Of a DNA stretch of 64,000 bases, positions 37,001 through 50,817 are shown piece after piece. The stretch covers positions 183,088,001-183,152,000 of the forward strand of contig NC_058368.1 in the NCBI RefSeq assembly GCF_018350175.1. Reading direction: 5' to 3'. The first letter of the stretch is position 1. Each line of letters opens with the position of its first letter. Both the position numbers and the translations under genes were made by a program. This stretch comes from Felis catus (taxonomy: Eukaryota). The notes beneath the pieces were generated by a model that worked only from the letters and a program-made list of their open reading frames with translations, did not search any database and was not told where the DNA came from.

Positions 37001-39374
37001 GAACAAATTTAATCCATTATTTAGAGATACGAGTCTGATTAAGGAGCTCATTAAGTTCCTAAGTGATAAAAGGACTAAAAATTATGAATAGTATATGCCT
37101 CTATAGCTACCCGTTATTAAGTGTTTATTATATTTGGTAAGTAGCTCACTCACAATCTCCTACCCAGTAAGTCATGGAATTGGGATTTGAACTCATGTCT
37201 GTTGAACTCTAGTGTCAAAGCAAGCTTTTTTTTTTTTTTTTTTTTTTTTTTACTAGATAGTTCTTCTGAAGAAAAGGAGAGGTTCTACTGCACAAATATA
37301 TAAAGGCTAATTAGGACATCCTCTTTTTTAGAGAAAGAGATTTTGTAGCAAAAAAAGGAGTCTGTGAAGTCCAATTGTATGAGAAGAGACAGCCGGTATA
37401 TTCTTTTTAAACAGTTGGTAAAAAATAACACCTTTCTTCCCTAGATGAGAGTTTATCTGCCAAAACTAATCCTGGAGTGAGTTTTATGACCACGTTATAA
37501 ACCTCTGTAAAGTAAAGAATGTAATAGAAATGCTGACAGAGCCCTCCTTACGATGGGTTTAGAAGGTACAGCTATAAAACAGAAGTAATTTCTGGAATTT
37601 GGAAATTATGCATAACTGTAAAGACAAACATATTTGCCATAAATTGAAACCCACACCTGTATGGGGATATATTGGCTCCCACTTAATTCAAGGTCAGCAA
37701 TAACTTTAAAACAAATTCTATTAAACTCTCATCAAGCTGTTCAAGTTAAAATTAAAGGGAGAAAAAAAACACAACAAAACTCTCTGCAGAACACTAAATC
37801 ACACAAAATCTCAAATAAACTTAAATTCAGCTAAAGGAAACTAGGAACAAATCCTCCTTTTAAAATATTTCTCCTATAACAGCAAAAGAATCCAATAGTT
37901 TAATAGCAAAAATCTGAAGAGTTTGTAAGTGTTCTAGAAACAAAACACTATGAGTCTGGTTACATAGAAAATGAAAATGAAACAATCTTTCAATAGTTCA
38001 AAAAGCCACTTAGTCAACTGTGATCTCTTTGATGGAACCTTTAAAATATCTGTCTTCCCTGGCTAGGGAACAGGAGAAGACTAAGAAAGATTTCAACAAA
38101 TAGAAAGTTGGTCTATTGACACTCCTGTTCTGGGTTTTCTGTGCTACTCAAGTACAACTGATTACATATTTTCTACCTAAAGTTTCCTACGGCGTTTTTC
38201 CTTGTCTCCTCCTTTTGAGGTCATGTACCATAATGCTCACCTTTATAATACTTTCTCCCCCATTCAATCTCACTTATCCTGTATGTCTTGATTTTGCGGC
38301 ATTTATAAAATATATTTGAAAGATCTCCGGCCCTGAGATCAAATAAAACTATATTCAAATCTTGGTTTTGTATATAATTGAGTGAGATTGCACAAGTTAT
38401 TCATTTATCCCCATTGCTTATTTATATTATCTATAAAATGAGGGTCCATAAAACATACCCATATTAATAGAAATGCCCACAAAAATGCCATTTTGTGGGA
38501 CAATGTGTCCTTGTTTGCGTACCTGGAAATGATAGCAGTTATTTACTTGAGTCACTCAAATTTCTAAATAATTAGGTAAATCTAACATCTTAAACTAAAA
38601 TGAAACTGATGTCCTTAGATGACAATAGAGATAGATAAATCAGATACAAATGGCAGGTTTGGAACCTAAAAGTTCCACTAATGTTTTATAATATTAAAAA
38701 AAAAGAAAAAAAAAAGCATTGGTGGATTATTTGAGTACAGGCCCACCAAGACTTTAAAACATGGACATGTTTGATAAGAAAACACCAGAAAACTAAGATC
38801 CCTATTATGATATCTTGAGTGCATCTCAGACAATAGGACATACCAAATACAAGCTCCTATCATGAATTATTACACCTGTGGAGTTGGTGTTCTTTGTTTT
38901 AATCCTTTGGTTTGGTATAATGACTGACACCTAGTAGGTATCAATAAACATTTGTTGAATAAATGAAAGAATGAGTGTAGTGAAGACAGACTGAGTCGAT
39001 AGGTCTTTTGTGAGCTGGAAAAGGGAGCGGTATGGAAATAGCTAGAATGGAAATCGGAAGACTTGGGATTTGTTTTTTCTTCTTTCTTTTTTTAATTTCT
39101 CTTTTTAATGGTGAAACTAGAGCGCGTTTGAATGCTGATGGGACTAATATAGTAGAGAAAAATAGAATTATAATAGAGAGGAAGGAGAGAATTAAAACAA
39201 ATAACGCTGCACAGATCACAGTGTCTGTGAAAGGAGAGAAAACAAGTTCCAGAGAGACAGACAGATGGGCCTTTGGTATCAGGGAATACACTTCCTCCAT
39301 GGTCAGAGGAGGGAAGGAGAACACAGCTCAAGAAGTAGGTGGGGTTATACTCCTATTAACTGGAAGTGAAAGTG

Positions 39375-39552
39375 TGCACAAGGTCCAAATCCCTGAGGTC
39401 TGAAGCTTATTGACTTTTTAGGGTCCCTTTGAAGATAAAACACGCAAAAAATTACAAACACAATTTAAATATAAGTCCTCAGAAAGAGCCTGTAAAAGTG
39501 AGTGTTCCTGAATCTTAAATTTCATCAGTTTTGTGGAAAATTTCTTTCTCTG
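39375..39552. mobile_element. Possible old hAT-Tip100-group MITE
   Basis: CTGAAGCTTAT…AAAATTACAAACACAA…AAGTGAGTGTTCCTGAATCTTAAATTTCATCAG resembles a recalled consensus. Family uncertain. Confidence 0.4.
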
Positions 39553-39554
39553 CC

Positions 39555-39743
39555 TAAAATCAAATCCTGGCTCCCTATCTTGTCAGCTATCTGAATTCAG
39601 GCAACCAATGTCTCTGTGCCTAGGTTTCCTCATTTCTAAAGTAGGGACAAACATGGCATCCATCTCATATGGCTTTGGATACAAAAACCCATGTAAAGAT
39701 AATCAACATAAAGCATTTAGATACTTCTCAGTAAATGCTATTG

Positions 39744-39750
<7 letters not shown>
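39555..39750 (+). mobile_element. MIR
   Basis: CAAATCCTGGCTCC…GTTTCCTCATTTCTAAAGTAGGGA. Confidence 0.7.

Positions 39751-39780
<30 letters not shown>
39745..39780. repeat. (TTA)n microsatellite
   Basis: Read directly from the sequence. Confidence 0.98.
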
Positions 39781-42597
39781 GAATCTCCGATACATAGGAA
39801 AAACACGGTAAATATTATTTTCTATTCTACCTAGATGAAAGTAATTTGTAAGAGTTCATGTTATACTTCATTTGAAGTTTAAAGAATTCTTATTGCACAT
39901 TAGACTCAAACACACACACATGCACACACACATACACAAATTATTACTACCCCTATCCCTGTTCCTCCTTCCACTCTCCTCTTGCTTTTCCTCCTTCTAC
40001 TCTTATGGGCCTGGAACTGTGTGGGAACAGAAAATCCATATGTAAACTAACTTACATCACTCCTAAGGGTAGGAGTTGTATCATTAATATCTGACGTGCA
40101 GAGCATTAAGCACATGGTAGCTATTCAGCAAAATTTTGCTACTAAGAATATTATTGATATTATACCATCATTCACAGTTCAGTAATCCAATAGAATTTGA
40201 ATGCTAAAAATGGTCTCAGAACCAATGGTGCACTTGATGACCTTTTAGAGTATATGACATAATTCTCTTCATTGTTGTAGCCCTAAGTGTGATCATAATG
40301 GAATCCTATCTCTGACACAGAATCCACATTCAATAAATGCTCAGCGGGTGAATGGTTCATCATGAGAGAAGAAAGGTAAATATAAAGGGTGACTGACTGG
40401 AGTTTTTTCACACACTGCTAAACTCTAAGAGACAGAATGCCTGCAAGGCATTCTCTATCAGAAAATGTTCATTTTGATAAGTCTGTCACCAAAAGAAATT
40501 CAAAACAATGTTAAAAAAAATTTACTTCCAGTATTCGTAACCAAAAAGCTGTTCATTCAATTTTCTGCACTGCACATACTCAAACGATGCATAAAACATT
40601 TAACACTGTTGTTCTCCAGGTTTATTAATGCTTGCTAACTCATTTATTCTCATGCTGATAATCTTGCCTGAAGCATCTCACTTTTTGTGAGGTACTAAAG
40701 TGACTTGGGTTGCAACCAAATCTGTAGTAATTAGTCAGCTAAATCTGTAAGAAACTGTTGGGATACTTTGTTATTACACAAAATATTTCAGAATTCTAAG
40801 TATTTACCTCAGAATACTTCCATCTACCATATGTCCATGCCTGCACAACTTGAAGGAATAAAAGAGAATCTCTGTAAATATATTTTTTTAAAAGGTGTTT
40901 TTGTTGTTGTTGTTGGCTTTGTTGGGTAGAGAGATTCCCAATATGTGTATTTGTAATAAGCAAAGCAAGCAATGAGACAAGAAACTAATGCTAATGGCAA
41001 TGAAAGTAGGGCTTTTTATCCTCTATAATGCATTCTAGAAAGCTTTCTTCAGTAAAACTTGGATGGTGGAGAAATCTATTTCTCATAAGGTTTGGATGGA
41101 AGTGTGAAAATATTTAAGATACAAACTCAAATTTATTCAATATAAGAGGCAGGATAACAATGTACAAAATGTCAAACTACAATGAAATAGATTCAAACCT
41201 GAGTTAGTACCCAGAAAAGGCAGGCTCTGGTAGAGGCAATTCCTCCTCCTTTCATTCCCAGCCTTTTAGAAGTTCTAAAAGTGTATTGCTCATTGGAAAT
41301 GTGCTCTGACACTTAGTATGACTTATATCAGAAATTGAAAGTAGACAGCGTCTTGTCCACCTCCTTAATTTAACAAAACAATCTATCAAGTCCAGAGAGG
41401 TTAAGGGACTGATCCACGTTAAGACAGCTAATTTGAGCACCACAGTGGAAAGTGGGGCAGCAAAAGGAGGTACAAAGTGTAGGATCTTGTAATCATGCAC
41501 ATCAGAGCTGAAGTTCCATCTCTGTCATCTATCTCCACAAGAAGTACATGGTGTGGTGATTCACAATGCTAGTTCTCAGCCAGGAGGACCTTATTAAGTT
41601 AGCTTCCAGCTTCCATATCAGTAGAAAACTCGTGATCACATTGCCCTTTTCCAGACTGTTTTGCCCTTTACATCACACAAACAGAAATGAAAGCGGTGTT
41701 CAATACCTAGGATGTGTTTGTCAGTATTCCACTGGACATACAGCCAGAGTTGCTTGAGAAGAAAAACTACATATTTGCTGTTGCTCCTCAGATGGGCTTA
41801 GTCCATAGACAGGCTGGGAACCTGGTGGACTGAGCCGATAGGGAAGGGGAAGAAGCCAAGGTAGCAGCAAATAAATTATCCTGAGAGGTAAGCTCCATCA
41901 GTAACACTCTATCAGGTAATGTTTACCTATAGGAAGTCAGCCTATTTGGATATGATATAGGCCAGTGACCATGTCCAAAAGGATATAATCTGGTCCAGAG
42001 GACACAGGGGTTTCCATAAGTGATAGTACTCAAAGTCAAAGCAATATAGCCCTCAGTCTCAGTAAACCAACCTTTTGGGACAGGCAGAGGCACAGAAAGT
42101 AATGGGAAAATAAGCAGAAGTACCTAAGAATATAAGCCAGTGTCAGGGCTGTACCAAAGTTATGACTTTAAGAGAGACTGAAGTCCCTGTGGAAGTTAGG
42201 AAACCAAAGTCATACAAACTGACAGAAGTAACCAGTTGGAGGAACTTGAAGGGCAAGGCCTACAAAAGCCTAATGCAGTTCCACTCTGATCTGTTTTTAT
42301 GGGCTGTGGAAACTTCCCTGAGAGACTCAGGAACTAAGTGTGGCCGAACCTTTAGGAGTAAGGTATCATGGAATCCAAGTTGGTCAGAGTTGGACAGGGG
42401 TTGACACTAACATCCTACACATTTTGACATCCCTGACCCTGGGAGATTTGGCAGCAAATAGGATGTGGCTAGATGAATGAGAATCCCTTCACAGACAAAA
42501 CACACTTGAGCTTCATCTGGAAGTGAATCCAAGTCTGTCTCATCCTTCTTTTAAAATAAACATACTTTTCTTCTTGAAATTCCTCTTGAATAAGTCA

Positions 42598-42627
42598 TTT
42601 TCTTAAATTATTTTTTGTTTATTTATT

Positions 42628-42679
<52 letters not shown>

Positions 42680-42846
42680 TATGGGTAGCAGAGGGGCAGA
42701 GAGAGAGGGAGAGAGAGAATCCCAACCACATTTTGTGCTATCAGCACAGAGTCTGATGTAGGGCTCCATCTCATGAACATTGAGATCATGACCTGAGCTG
42801 AAATCAAGAGTCGACGCTTAACTGACTGAGCTACCCAGGCACTCCC
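42598..42846 (-). mobile_element. CanSINE with expanded (GA)n
   Basis: SINE body with a (GA)n tract at 42631-42674. Confidence 0.94.
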
Positions 42847-42951
42847 TCTTAATAGGTTTTACACACAAATATAGTTAAAGATTTATTAAAGGATTTTTAT
42901 ACTTCTCTATTACACATGTATTTTCCTAAAATGAATGCTTAAAACCCAATG

Positions 42952-42953
<2 letters not shown>

Positions 42954-42995
<42 letters not shown>
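42954..42995. repeat. (GT)n microsatellite
   Basis: Read directly from the sequence. Confidence 0.98.
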
Positions 42996-42998
<3 letters not shown>

Positions 42999-43509
42999 AA
43001 GGGAGATTCCAATAGTTAACTATCAAAATTAAAAAAGCTATAATACACGGGTAAGAAACTAATCATTCTTATGCACTTCCTATACAAGCAGTCACTCAGT
43101 GAATGGGCCAAAAGAAAATAAAGAGGATTGCAAGGAGAAAATTTACTCATCTTCAAGTGGAAATTATTTGAATGATAGCACTGAATAGAAATTACTTTTT
43201 TTCCATACAAAAACAAGATAAATCTTGATAATGTTCTCTTACATTTTAAAGTGCGTTAGTCAGAATCCCTATCAAGTGCAAAATAACCAAGTTAGCATTT
43301 CGTTACAGAACGGAAGTAAAAAACTGTATAGTTCATCAGTGAGCAAACAACAATATAAGCCCAAAATCCACATGAAAAGCTTACTATATATACTTTATAC
43401 AAATTTATATTTTATGTAAATATTTATGTATTTGCCAAAAAGGTCAGCATGAGAGTTACAGGATGTAAACATTATCAAAGGCAGTAATGCAAGAAAGCAT
43501 CTTCAAAGA

Positions 43510-43700
43510 AGGGCTCATTGCGACTCTACTTTTATTAGCCATGAAATCTTATCTTCCTATAACCTTGCTTTACCTCAGTTTCCCCATCTGTAAAATGGAA
43601 ATTGTAATAACAGGTCATCCCTTATAGAGTCGATTTAAGTAGTAAAATGAAATAATTCATGCAAATTTAGCATATACAATAATTCATGGTTGTTATTCAT
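43510..43700 (+). mobile_element. MIR
   Basis: Core CCTCAGTTTCCCCATCTGTAAAATGG. Confidence 0.8.
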
Positions 43701-45560
43701 CAAGTTTTGTTGTTATTATTAAGGCACGTTTCAGGGAAATGTTCAGAAATTTACCAAATAAATAAATAAATAAGTCTAAGGTTAACACAGCAGTAAATTA
43801 GGCAACCAGCATTAATATGCCCATCTGTATTCACCTGCTTGTCAAGGACTTGCTTACTAAATAAGATAATCCGTTTATCAGACCTCTCTAATTAATAAGT
43901 ACACAGCTCCTCTCCCTATGCTCTTTTATCAGATATATGACATTAGTTGCAAAATGACATGACAGTGATATAAAAATTACAACATTAACAGGCTCTGAAT
44001 AAATAAAACCTGAAGCAAAATCTTTCCTGGCGCCAAGAATAGAATAGCTGAGATGCAGAAGGATATTTCAGAATTGAGTATAGAACAGTAAATCATACAA
44101 TACTGGCAGAACACTAGAGATGATGCTTTTTCAAAATAAAACCATGAAATATTGGTGGGGACATACAGTTCTGCAATTTCATTGTGAATGACATAGTCAG
44201 TCTAATAAAGTAGCTGATTTATTGAAAACCTTATCACATTTTAAAGGGAGGTGTTTCACTGATTCTCTTTAACCACTACAGAACTTGTGCTGTTGTGCCA
44301 ACAGAAGGTTTGATCTTTATTCAAGCAAAAACCGATTTCTTCTATGTAAGGACAGTAGGAAATTCAGCCTCCACTCCTTTGAATATAAACATTTCAACAT
44401 ATGCACTACCACAGGCATGTGTTAATATTGAAAAAAGTCAATCAATTTTATAATCAATGACTATAGTGGCCTCTGTTAGAGATATGATTTTGGTCTGTTT
44501 AATACCATTATTTCTATTGCATATCCATGTTTTTCTTAAACCGACAAAGGGTATTATTTTTCTCTCACTTCTCCGGAGAAGGAATCACAGTATATTCCAT
44601 ACGACAGGGGAGTAGGATGGGGAGTTGTGGGGAACTTGTCCATTCCTCTAACTCTATTATTAACTCCTGGGTTCCCAAATATCTCAGCTTAGGCTTCTGT
44701 TTTCACTGACTCACTGAGAAAAATAGCTGTGATATGTACTATTAGCCCTCTATGTGATTGGTGGAACCATGTTGGGTTAATAAAATAAGCCTCTTAATTA
44801 ATATTCCCTGTTTTGCTTCTCAGGAAACTACACACAAATGTTCCTCTTTGGACTCATTTTCTTTGTTACTGACTGCTGCACCCTCCTCACCACTCTCCCC
44901 TCCACCCCCCGCCAGCCATATTTCTTAGTTCACACAAATATATGTCACACTGTTCAGTAGTAACACCTTAATGCCAATTCCTGGTCCCCCATTAAACAAG
45001 TAATGGTCCTTCAAAATAAATTAAAGGGTTTTTGTTTCCATTTTAGTAGCAACTTCATTTCTTTGATAAATTAGTAGAACGTAACCACGAATGTTTATAA
45101 CCTTTCTTTTAAGGAATCATCTACTTATTGGATATACCTCATAAATATTCTTCTTCAATTTCCATAAAAGAATGGTGCATGAAATAACAATTATGCAATT
45201 TCCTAATCAGCTTTGCAGCACCGGACAATCATTACAATATAATAGATTTGCCATCAAATAATGCTGTATTAAACCTTCAAAAAATTACACATCACTGAAA
45301 GTCTTAAAATATTTCCAACTATCTTGTTTTAAATAGTGATTTTTCATGTCTCAGTATAAATTCAAAGAGTGTATGATGAAAGAAATGATGTCTCAAAAAA
45401 CCAATTTGGGTACTATGAATTTAAACAAGGTAATTGACCTGATAGCTATTCAGAAGTGTTTTGTTTTGTTTTGTTTTGTTTTGTTTTGTGTTTTTGGTTT
45501 TTTTTACTTTTCACTTTTCTATTGTTTTATTATTTTTATATCTTAAAATTTGATTTTGAA

Positions 45561-45740
45561 AGGTATAACATAGTGAATATAGTCAATGATACTGTAATAG
45601 CACTGTGATTTTAGCTACACTTGTAGTGAGTATAGCATAAGGAATGAAGAGGTTGAACCACTATGTTGTACATCCCAAAACTAATGTAACATTGTGTGCC
45701 AACTGTACTAAAATAAAATTTAAAAAAATTAAAAAAAAAT
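45561..45740 (+). mobile_element. 5'-truncated carnivore L1 3' end
   Basis: CACTATGTTGTACATCCCAAAACTAATGTAACATTGTGTGCCAACTG followed by an A-tail. ATTTGATTTTG occurs on both sides as a degenerate TSD. Confidence 0.8.
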
Positions 45741-48289
45741 ATTTGATTTTGGAACATAGCTATTATTCAGTTACTGATTTCCATTCTTTCAGCACCAAGA
45801 CTCCATAGAAAAAAGTGTCATGGTAACAGTGAAAGTAAAGACACATTTTAAAGCTGAAATCTGTTCTGTAAGTGTCACTACTGGTCATAACATTGACTAA
45901 ATCATTCCAAAATATTTGACAGTATTCAGCACCTCTCTTCCTGAGTAGTATTTGTTTCCTGTTTTCTTATTTTGTTCAGAGTTTTCTGGAATCGAAGTGT
46001 ATTTTGCTTATCGCATCAATTTGCTATTTGTGTTTTATTTTTAATTGTCCTTTACAAGATTCCCTACTCTAATTAAATGTGAGCATTTAATATTTACTTG
46101 AAAGGGAAAATATAAACAGAATCAAAAGTTACTGAGGCAACAATAGTATTTTCATTAATATAACTCCTCACCTGATGATTATGCTAGCCTTTCATGGAAT
46201 GCTGCTAAGCCTTATTAATATTTCAATCATTTTCTGTTAGAGAAGAAAAGGAAAGAGAATATGAAAAGTAAGATTTAATTAAAAATTAAAAGCTTAGAAA
46301 GTTAACTAATCATTCCAAAACTATATGACCTATTAATGTTGAAAAAAATTAACCTTCATAAACACAATATTTAACCCGAATTTCAGGAAGTTCTATTACT
46401 TAAAAAAAAAAAATCCAAAATAGTTCCAAGGAAGGAGGCCTTAACCTGGTAGGCGTTTATCTAAGATGCTTCTTAGGACAACGGTTCTTTCACAAGTGTG
46501 GTGATTTAAAATGACTTAGGTACTATGTTCACATGCTCTGGAGAGACAAATGAGCTTTTAAAATGTCTAATGTGAATAGGCAAGAACTGTAAGTTCTCCC
46601 TACTGATGAAAACATACTTTCTTCCTCACCCTCCTGAGCCTTTTTATCCTCTTGACATCTACAGAAATCCTTAGGATGAGATCATGCTACCTTAATATAA
46701 ATGCTGAGTTTATTTAACACCATCAAACTGCTATGTCCAATTGTCCAGATGGGTTTGCATATGGATTTTATAAAGCATGTATGCAGCTTAGAGTAAATTC
46801 TAGATTAGCAAAATTTTATTTGTGCTACTCTCATACCTCAATCAGGGATAACATCAAAGTCATCCTATACATTCAAATACATGGAAAACACTAAAAATAA
46901 AGTAACCAGATATTTTCAAAGTAGCTTTATAATGAACTACTATGTCTATAATTACTGTGAATAAAATACATATGCGGCACCTTTCATATATTAAATATTA
47001 ATTAAAAATACTTAATACAGAAACACTTCTATCTAAAATTATTATTGGTTTTATATTTTTTCATAATATGAACAGTTTAGTAAGATATAAGAAAGCACTA
47101 TTCTAAATAAAACAAATTCATTTTTCAGCAAAAACATTTGCTGTTTTTTAAATTTATTCTGTGTTCAATGTGACTCTGTTCTGTTCGCCCCAAGTTTAGA
47201 TTTAGATTTTCTTTAAAATACTAAAATGAAAACAAAGTTACCCACCTAATTTAGACTATATTTTCTCTTCAGAATATGGAATAGTAAACATTTTGAAGAT
47301 GATAGGAAATAGAAAGCTCTGATAAAAACTACAGACTTTTTTTCTTGGAAAACAATGCAGCATATGTATATATATGCTGCATTGTTTATATATATATATA
47401 AATACATATATATATATATATAAATATATATATATACACCACATTGTTTTTCAAAATAGCTGTAGATCACAGGTTGAAGTATCTGACCTAGAATATTAAT
47501 GGAACAATATTCTATTTTTCTATTATTAAGCATCTTATATTCATTTTTTTCTTATTTCACTTTCAAATAAATATCTGGCCATAATTTTGCCACTACAAAC
47601 GTGAAAACTTAAAGGAAGAATGAGAAAATCAGAAGTGAAACTGTAAATGTGCCACTAATAGCATAATTTAGAATAAGTGCTTTGGCTCAAGAGTCATCTA
47701 CCCAAACTCTGAAACTTTATCGTTTTCTTTTTTTCTCTTGCAACACCTCCAATGACTAAGAGTATGTAATTATTATCTCTGTACTTTGAATAATCTCCTT
47801 TGATCATATCCATATTTTTTTTATTATTACTATTTTTTTCCCACAGACACTTGAAGGAGAGAATCGGAAACCTAAACCAGATGGCTTCTTGTTATATATG
47901 TCCTCAGGTTAAGGGAAACTGTTCATCTGTTGACTGGGCCAGGACACATCAGCCATCACCCAAGGAGGAACAAAAAAATCCCCCCACCAACTGAATTAAT
48001 GGCATGTTCTGTCTCTTAAATTAATAGCTAGTTTAGATTTTTTAAGTGAATGCATTCCAAAAGATTGATTAGTTTTGGATGAAATCAAGTACTTGCAGTA
48101 CTTGCATCAAGAGTTTTTGTTTTCACTGTTTTTTAATAGATAAATATTCAACATGGGAATTTCCCTACAGGAGTGGGAAATGTTGCATTTTATAAGCCTA
48201 TTTGACCTTAGTTCCCTTTATTAGAAGAGAGCCTAAAATGACTTAGTATTTAGTATTTGCAGTTTCGTATGGTCCATTATGATGACATA

Positions 48290-48790
48290 CTTGGAAGAGT
48301 GTACAGTCTGGAACCATTGCTACTTGGGTTCAGATTCCAGCTCTTGTATCCCCTAATCTGACACCTTGATCCAGGTAATTTTTTTCTTTAATGTTTATTT
48401 ATTTATTTTTGAGAGAGACAGAGAGAGCGAGTGAGCAGGGGAGGGGCAGAGAGAGAGAGAGGGAGACAGAATCCCAAGCAGGTTCCATGCCATCAGCACA
48501 GAGCCTGATGTAGGGCTTGAACCCATGAACCAGGAGATCATGACCTGGGATGAAACCAAGGGTTGGTTGCTTAACCAACTGAGCCACCCAGGTGCCCCTT
48601 GAGCCACGTATTCCACGTTCTGTGTTCCTCAGTTTTCTTATCTGTTAAATGGAGAGAGTATTTGATACCATTATAGTACCTATCTCATAGAGTTGTTTTA
48701 GAGATTAAACAAAATTCATTAATTCAGTTCCTGAGTTACTGTGCTCAGAACGCTACCTAGAATACATAAATGCTATATGAGTATTTTCTA
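48290..48790 (+). mobile_element. MIR split by a CanSINE
   Basis: CTTGGGTTCAGATTCCAGCTC…CCTCAGTTTTCTTATCTGTTAAATGG…TACCTATCTCATAGAGTTG. Confidence 0.8.
48379..48598 (-). mobile_element. CanSINE inserted in a MIR
   Basis: Degenerate TSD TTGATCCAGGTAATT / TTGAGCCACGTATT. Confidence 0.94.
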
Positions 48791-49989
48791 TTGTCAGATA
48801 TTATTTACTTTTGGCTTCTTTAAATAAAATCTTTTCAGTTTAGAGGTATTTTTCTCTTCATAATTACTACCAAAATCCATTGTCAATGTTGGCACTAATT
48901 TAAAATGAGAATTACTCTGGGGGAAGGGAGAGAGGGAGGCAAAAATAAAATAAAATAACAAGAGACTTACTCTGATGTTTATATGCAGACATCTTTGTAT
49001 TAATGGACTACACTTCCATAACTACAGACTCATTTATTTCAAAATCCTATAAACATACAATGATAGAATATATGTCTATTTTGTCATTCTCAATGTTATT
49101 AAACCATTGTTATAATTATTATCAATAATATATGCCAATGAATTTGCATTTTCACTAATGAACGTGCGTACTAAAAAAATTCCTTGGATAATATAATTAA
49201 ACACTTTATTTTCTCTTTGAGCTGTCAACATTTGTGTGGAGACTTTATAATTTTTTTACAACTTGAGATACAATTTCTGATATTTTCCCCCATGCTTGGT
49301 TAGTTTCTTTTCTCAAATAAACTGATAAGTTTGACATGCCCTATTTAAAACTATGCAGGGATTTCCATATTTTTCTAATGCATGATATAATGCTAAAATA
49401 TAAAAATGCCATGTCAGTTACTCTCCACAAAAAGTGTTCTCTCTGTATTAAATAATATTTCCTTCAATATTTTGAAATATAGTTACTCCAGAAATTCTAA
49501 CAGTACATTAACATTGTGGAGATAGCTTATAAAATAGATTTTCACAAAAAGAACAACAATGACTGAATTCTTAAGGATAAATGAGTTGTTGTGGTCCTAC
49601 ACATAACAAAAAATTACTTTAACTCCAACTGGTATAATATAATTAAACATTTTAGCAGCCTATAGGCTAAGTATTGCCTAGAAAAAATTAAAATGATTAA
49701 AAGGTAGGAGAATCATATATTTTCTTCACAACAAATATTTCTGAAAGTACCTTCTTTCTCTTTGAGAACTCTATTTTTCTAACTATTTAACCTCTACTTC
49801 ATGGAAAAGGGAAAATACACATAAAATACACATATATATTATATATATTTATATATTTTATATGGGTATATATGTACTATATATAATTATATTAGTATAT
49901 GCAAATGTACATATATATAAATTTAATATACATTATATCCTGTGAAACCTATAAATATGATGCAGTATTAAGTGTCATTTTTAAATAAA

Positions 49990-50210
49990 ATTTACACAGA
50001 AATATACTTAAAAGAAAGTTCATCCCAGTTTTGTTTATAAAAGCAAAATATTAGAAATGTCCTACCATTTACCAATAGGAAAGGCACAAAAAATTGTGAT
50101 AAGTTCATACAATGATGGAATAGGCAGCCATCAAAAGCGTGTTGGATAAAAACATTTTGCAATTCCCTGATCTTAATTTTGTAGTATAGTCTTAGATATG
50201 CAGACAGAGA
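49990..50210 (+). mobile_element. L1ME fragment
   Basis: TTTATAAAAGCAAAATATTAGAAA…CATACAATGATGGAATAGGCAGCCATCAAAA. Confidence 0.5.
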
Positions 50211-50597
50211 CATAGTTATACATATGTAAATATATTACATGCCAAGCCAAATGCTTTAAATACATTATCCTGGAAGGTAGAGAATTGACACTCAGGGAAG
50301 TGAATTAATTTGTTCAAGGTTACACGGCTATTAAGTTGGGTTGCAACCCATGTGTATCTGTTCTCTTGAGTGATATATTCAACTCCCTATTTGTGAAATA
50401 AGGAAAAACTGTAATAAAGGAAAAGCTACAATAATTGTTATTTTTAAATAGAAAAAATAAACATGAAGTATAAAGAACAGAACTAAATATTTCTCCTGAT
50501 GAGTAATAATGTAAAGAAATTACTACCTAGAATAATAGTTGTGCTTATTGTTTTACATCCGTAGATTTTATATATAAATCATACCAGAATTATTCTT

Positions 50598-50817
50598 TTT
50601 TTTTTTTTTTTTTTCAGCGTTTATTTATTTTTGGGACAGAGAGAGACAGAGCATGAACGGGGGAGGGGCAGAGAGAGAGGGAGACACAGAATCGGAAACA
50701 GGCTCCAGGCTCCGAGCCATCAGCCCAGAGCCCGACGCGGGGCTCGAACTCACAGACCGTGAGATCGTGACCTGGCTGAAGTCAGACTCTTAACCGACTG
50801 CGCCACCCAGGCGCCCC
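50598..50817 (-). mobile_element. Young felid CanSINE
   Basis: CpG-intact with a pure poly(T) tail. Perfect 18-bp TSD CATACCAGAATTATTCTT (50580-50597, 50818-50835). Confidence 0.97.

Noticed and set aside
40434..40454. 9-bp perfect hairpin AGAATGCCT-GCA-AGGCATTCT
   Set aside because: An isolated short inverted repeat is plausible by chance in 64 kb.
41800..42440. Purine-rich stretch resembling an old LTR
   Set aside because: I could not define termini, TSD or family by eye. It needs RepeatMasker.
47847..47907. Possible 61-nt exon after TTTTTTTCCCACAG (TLEGENRKPKPDGFLLYMSS)
   Set aside because: The donor GTTAAG is weak, the peptide is unrecognised and there are no partner exons.
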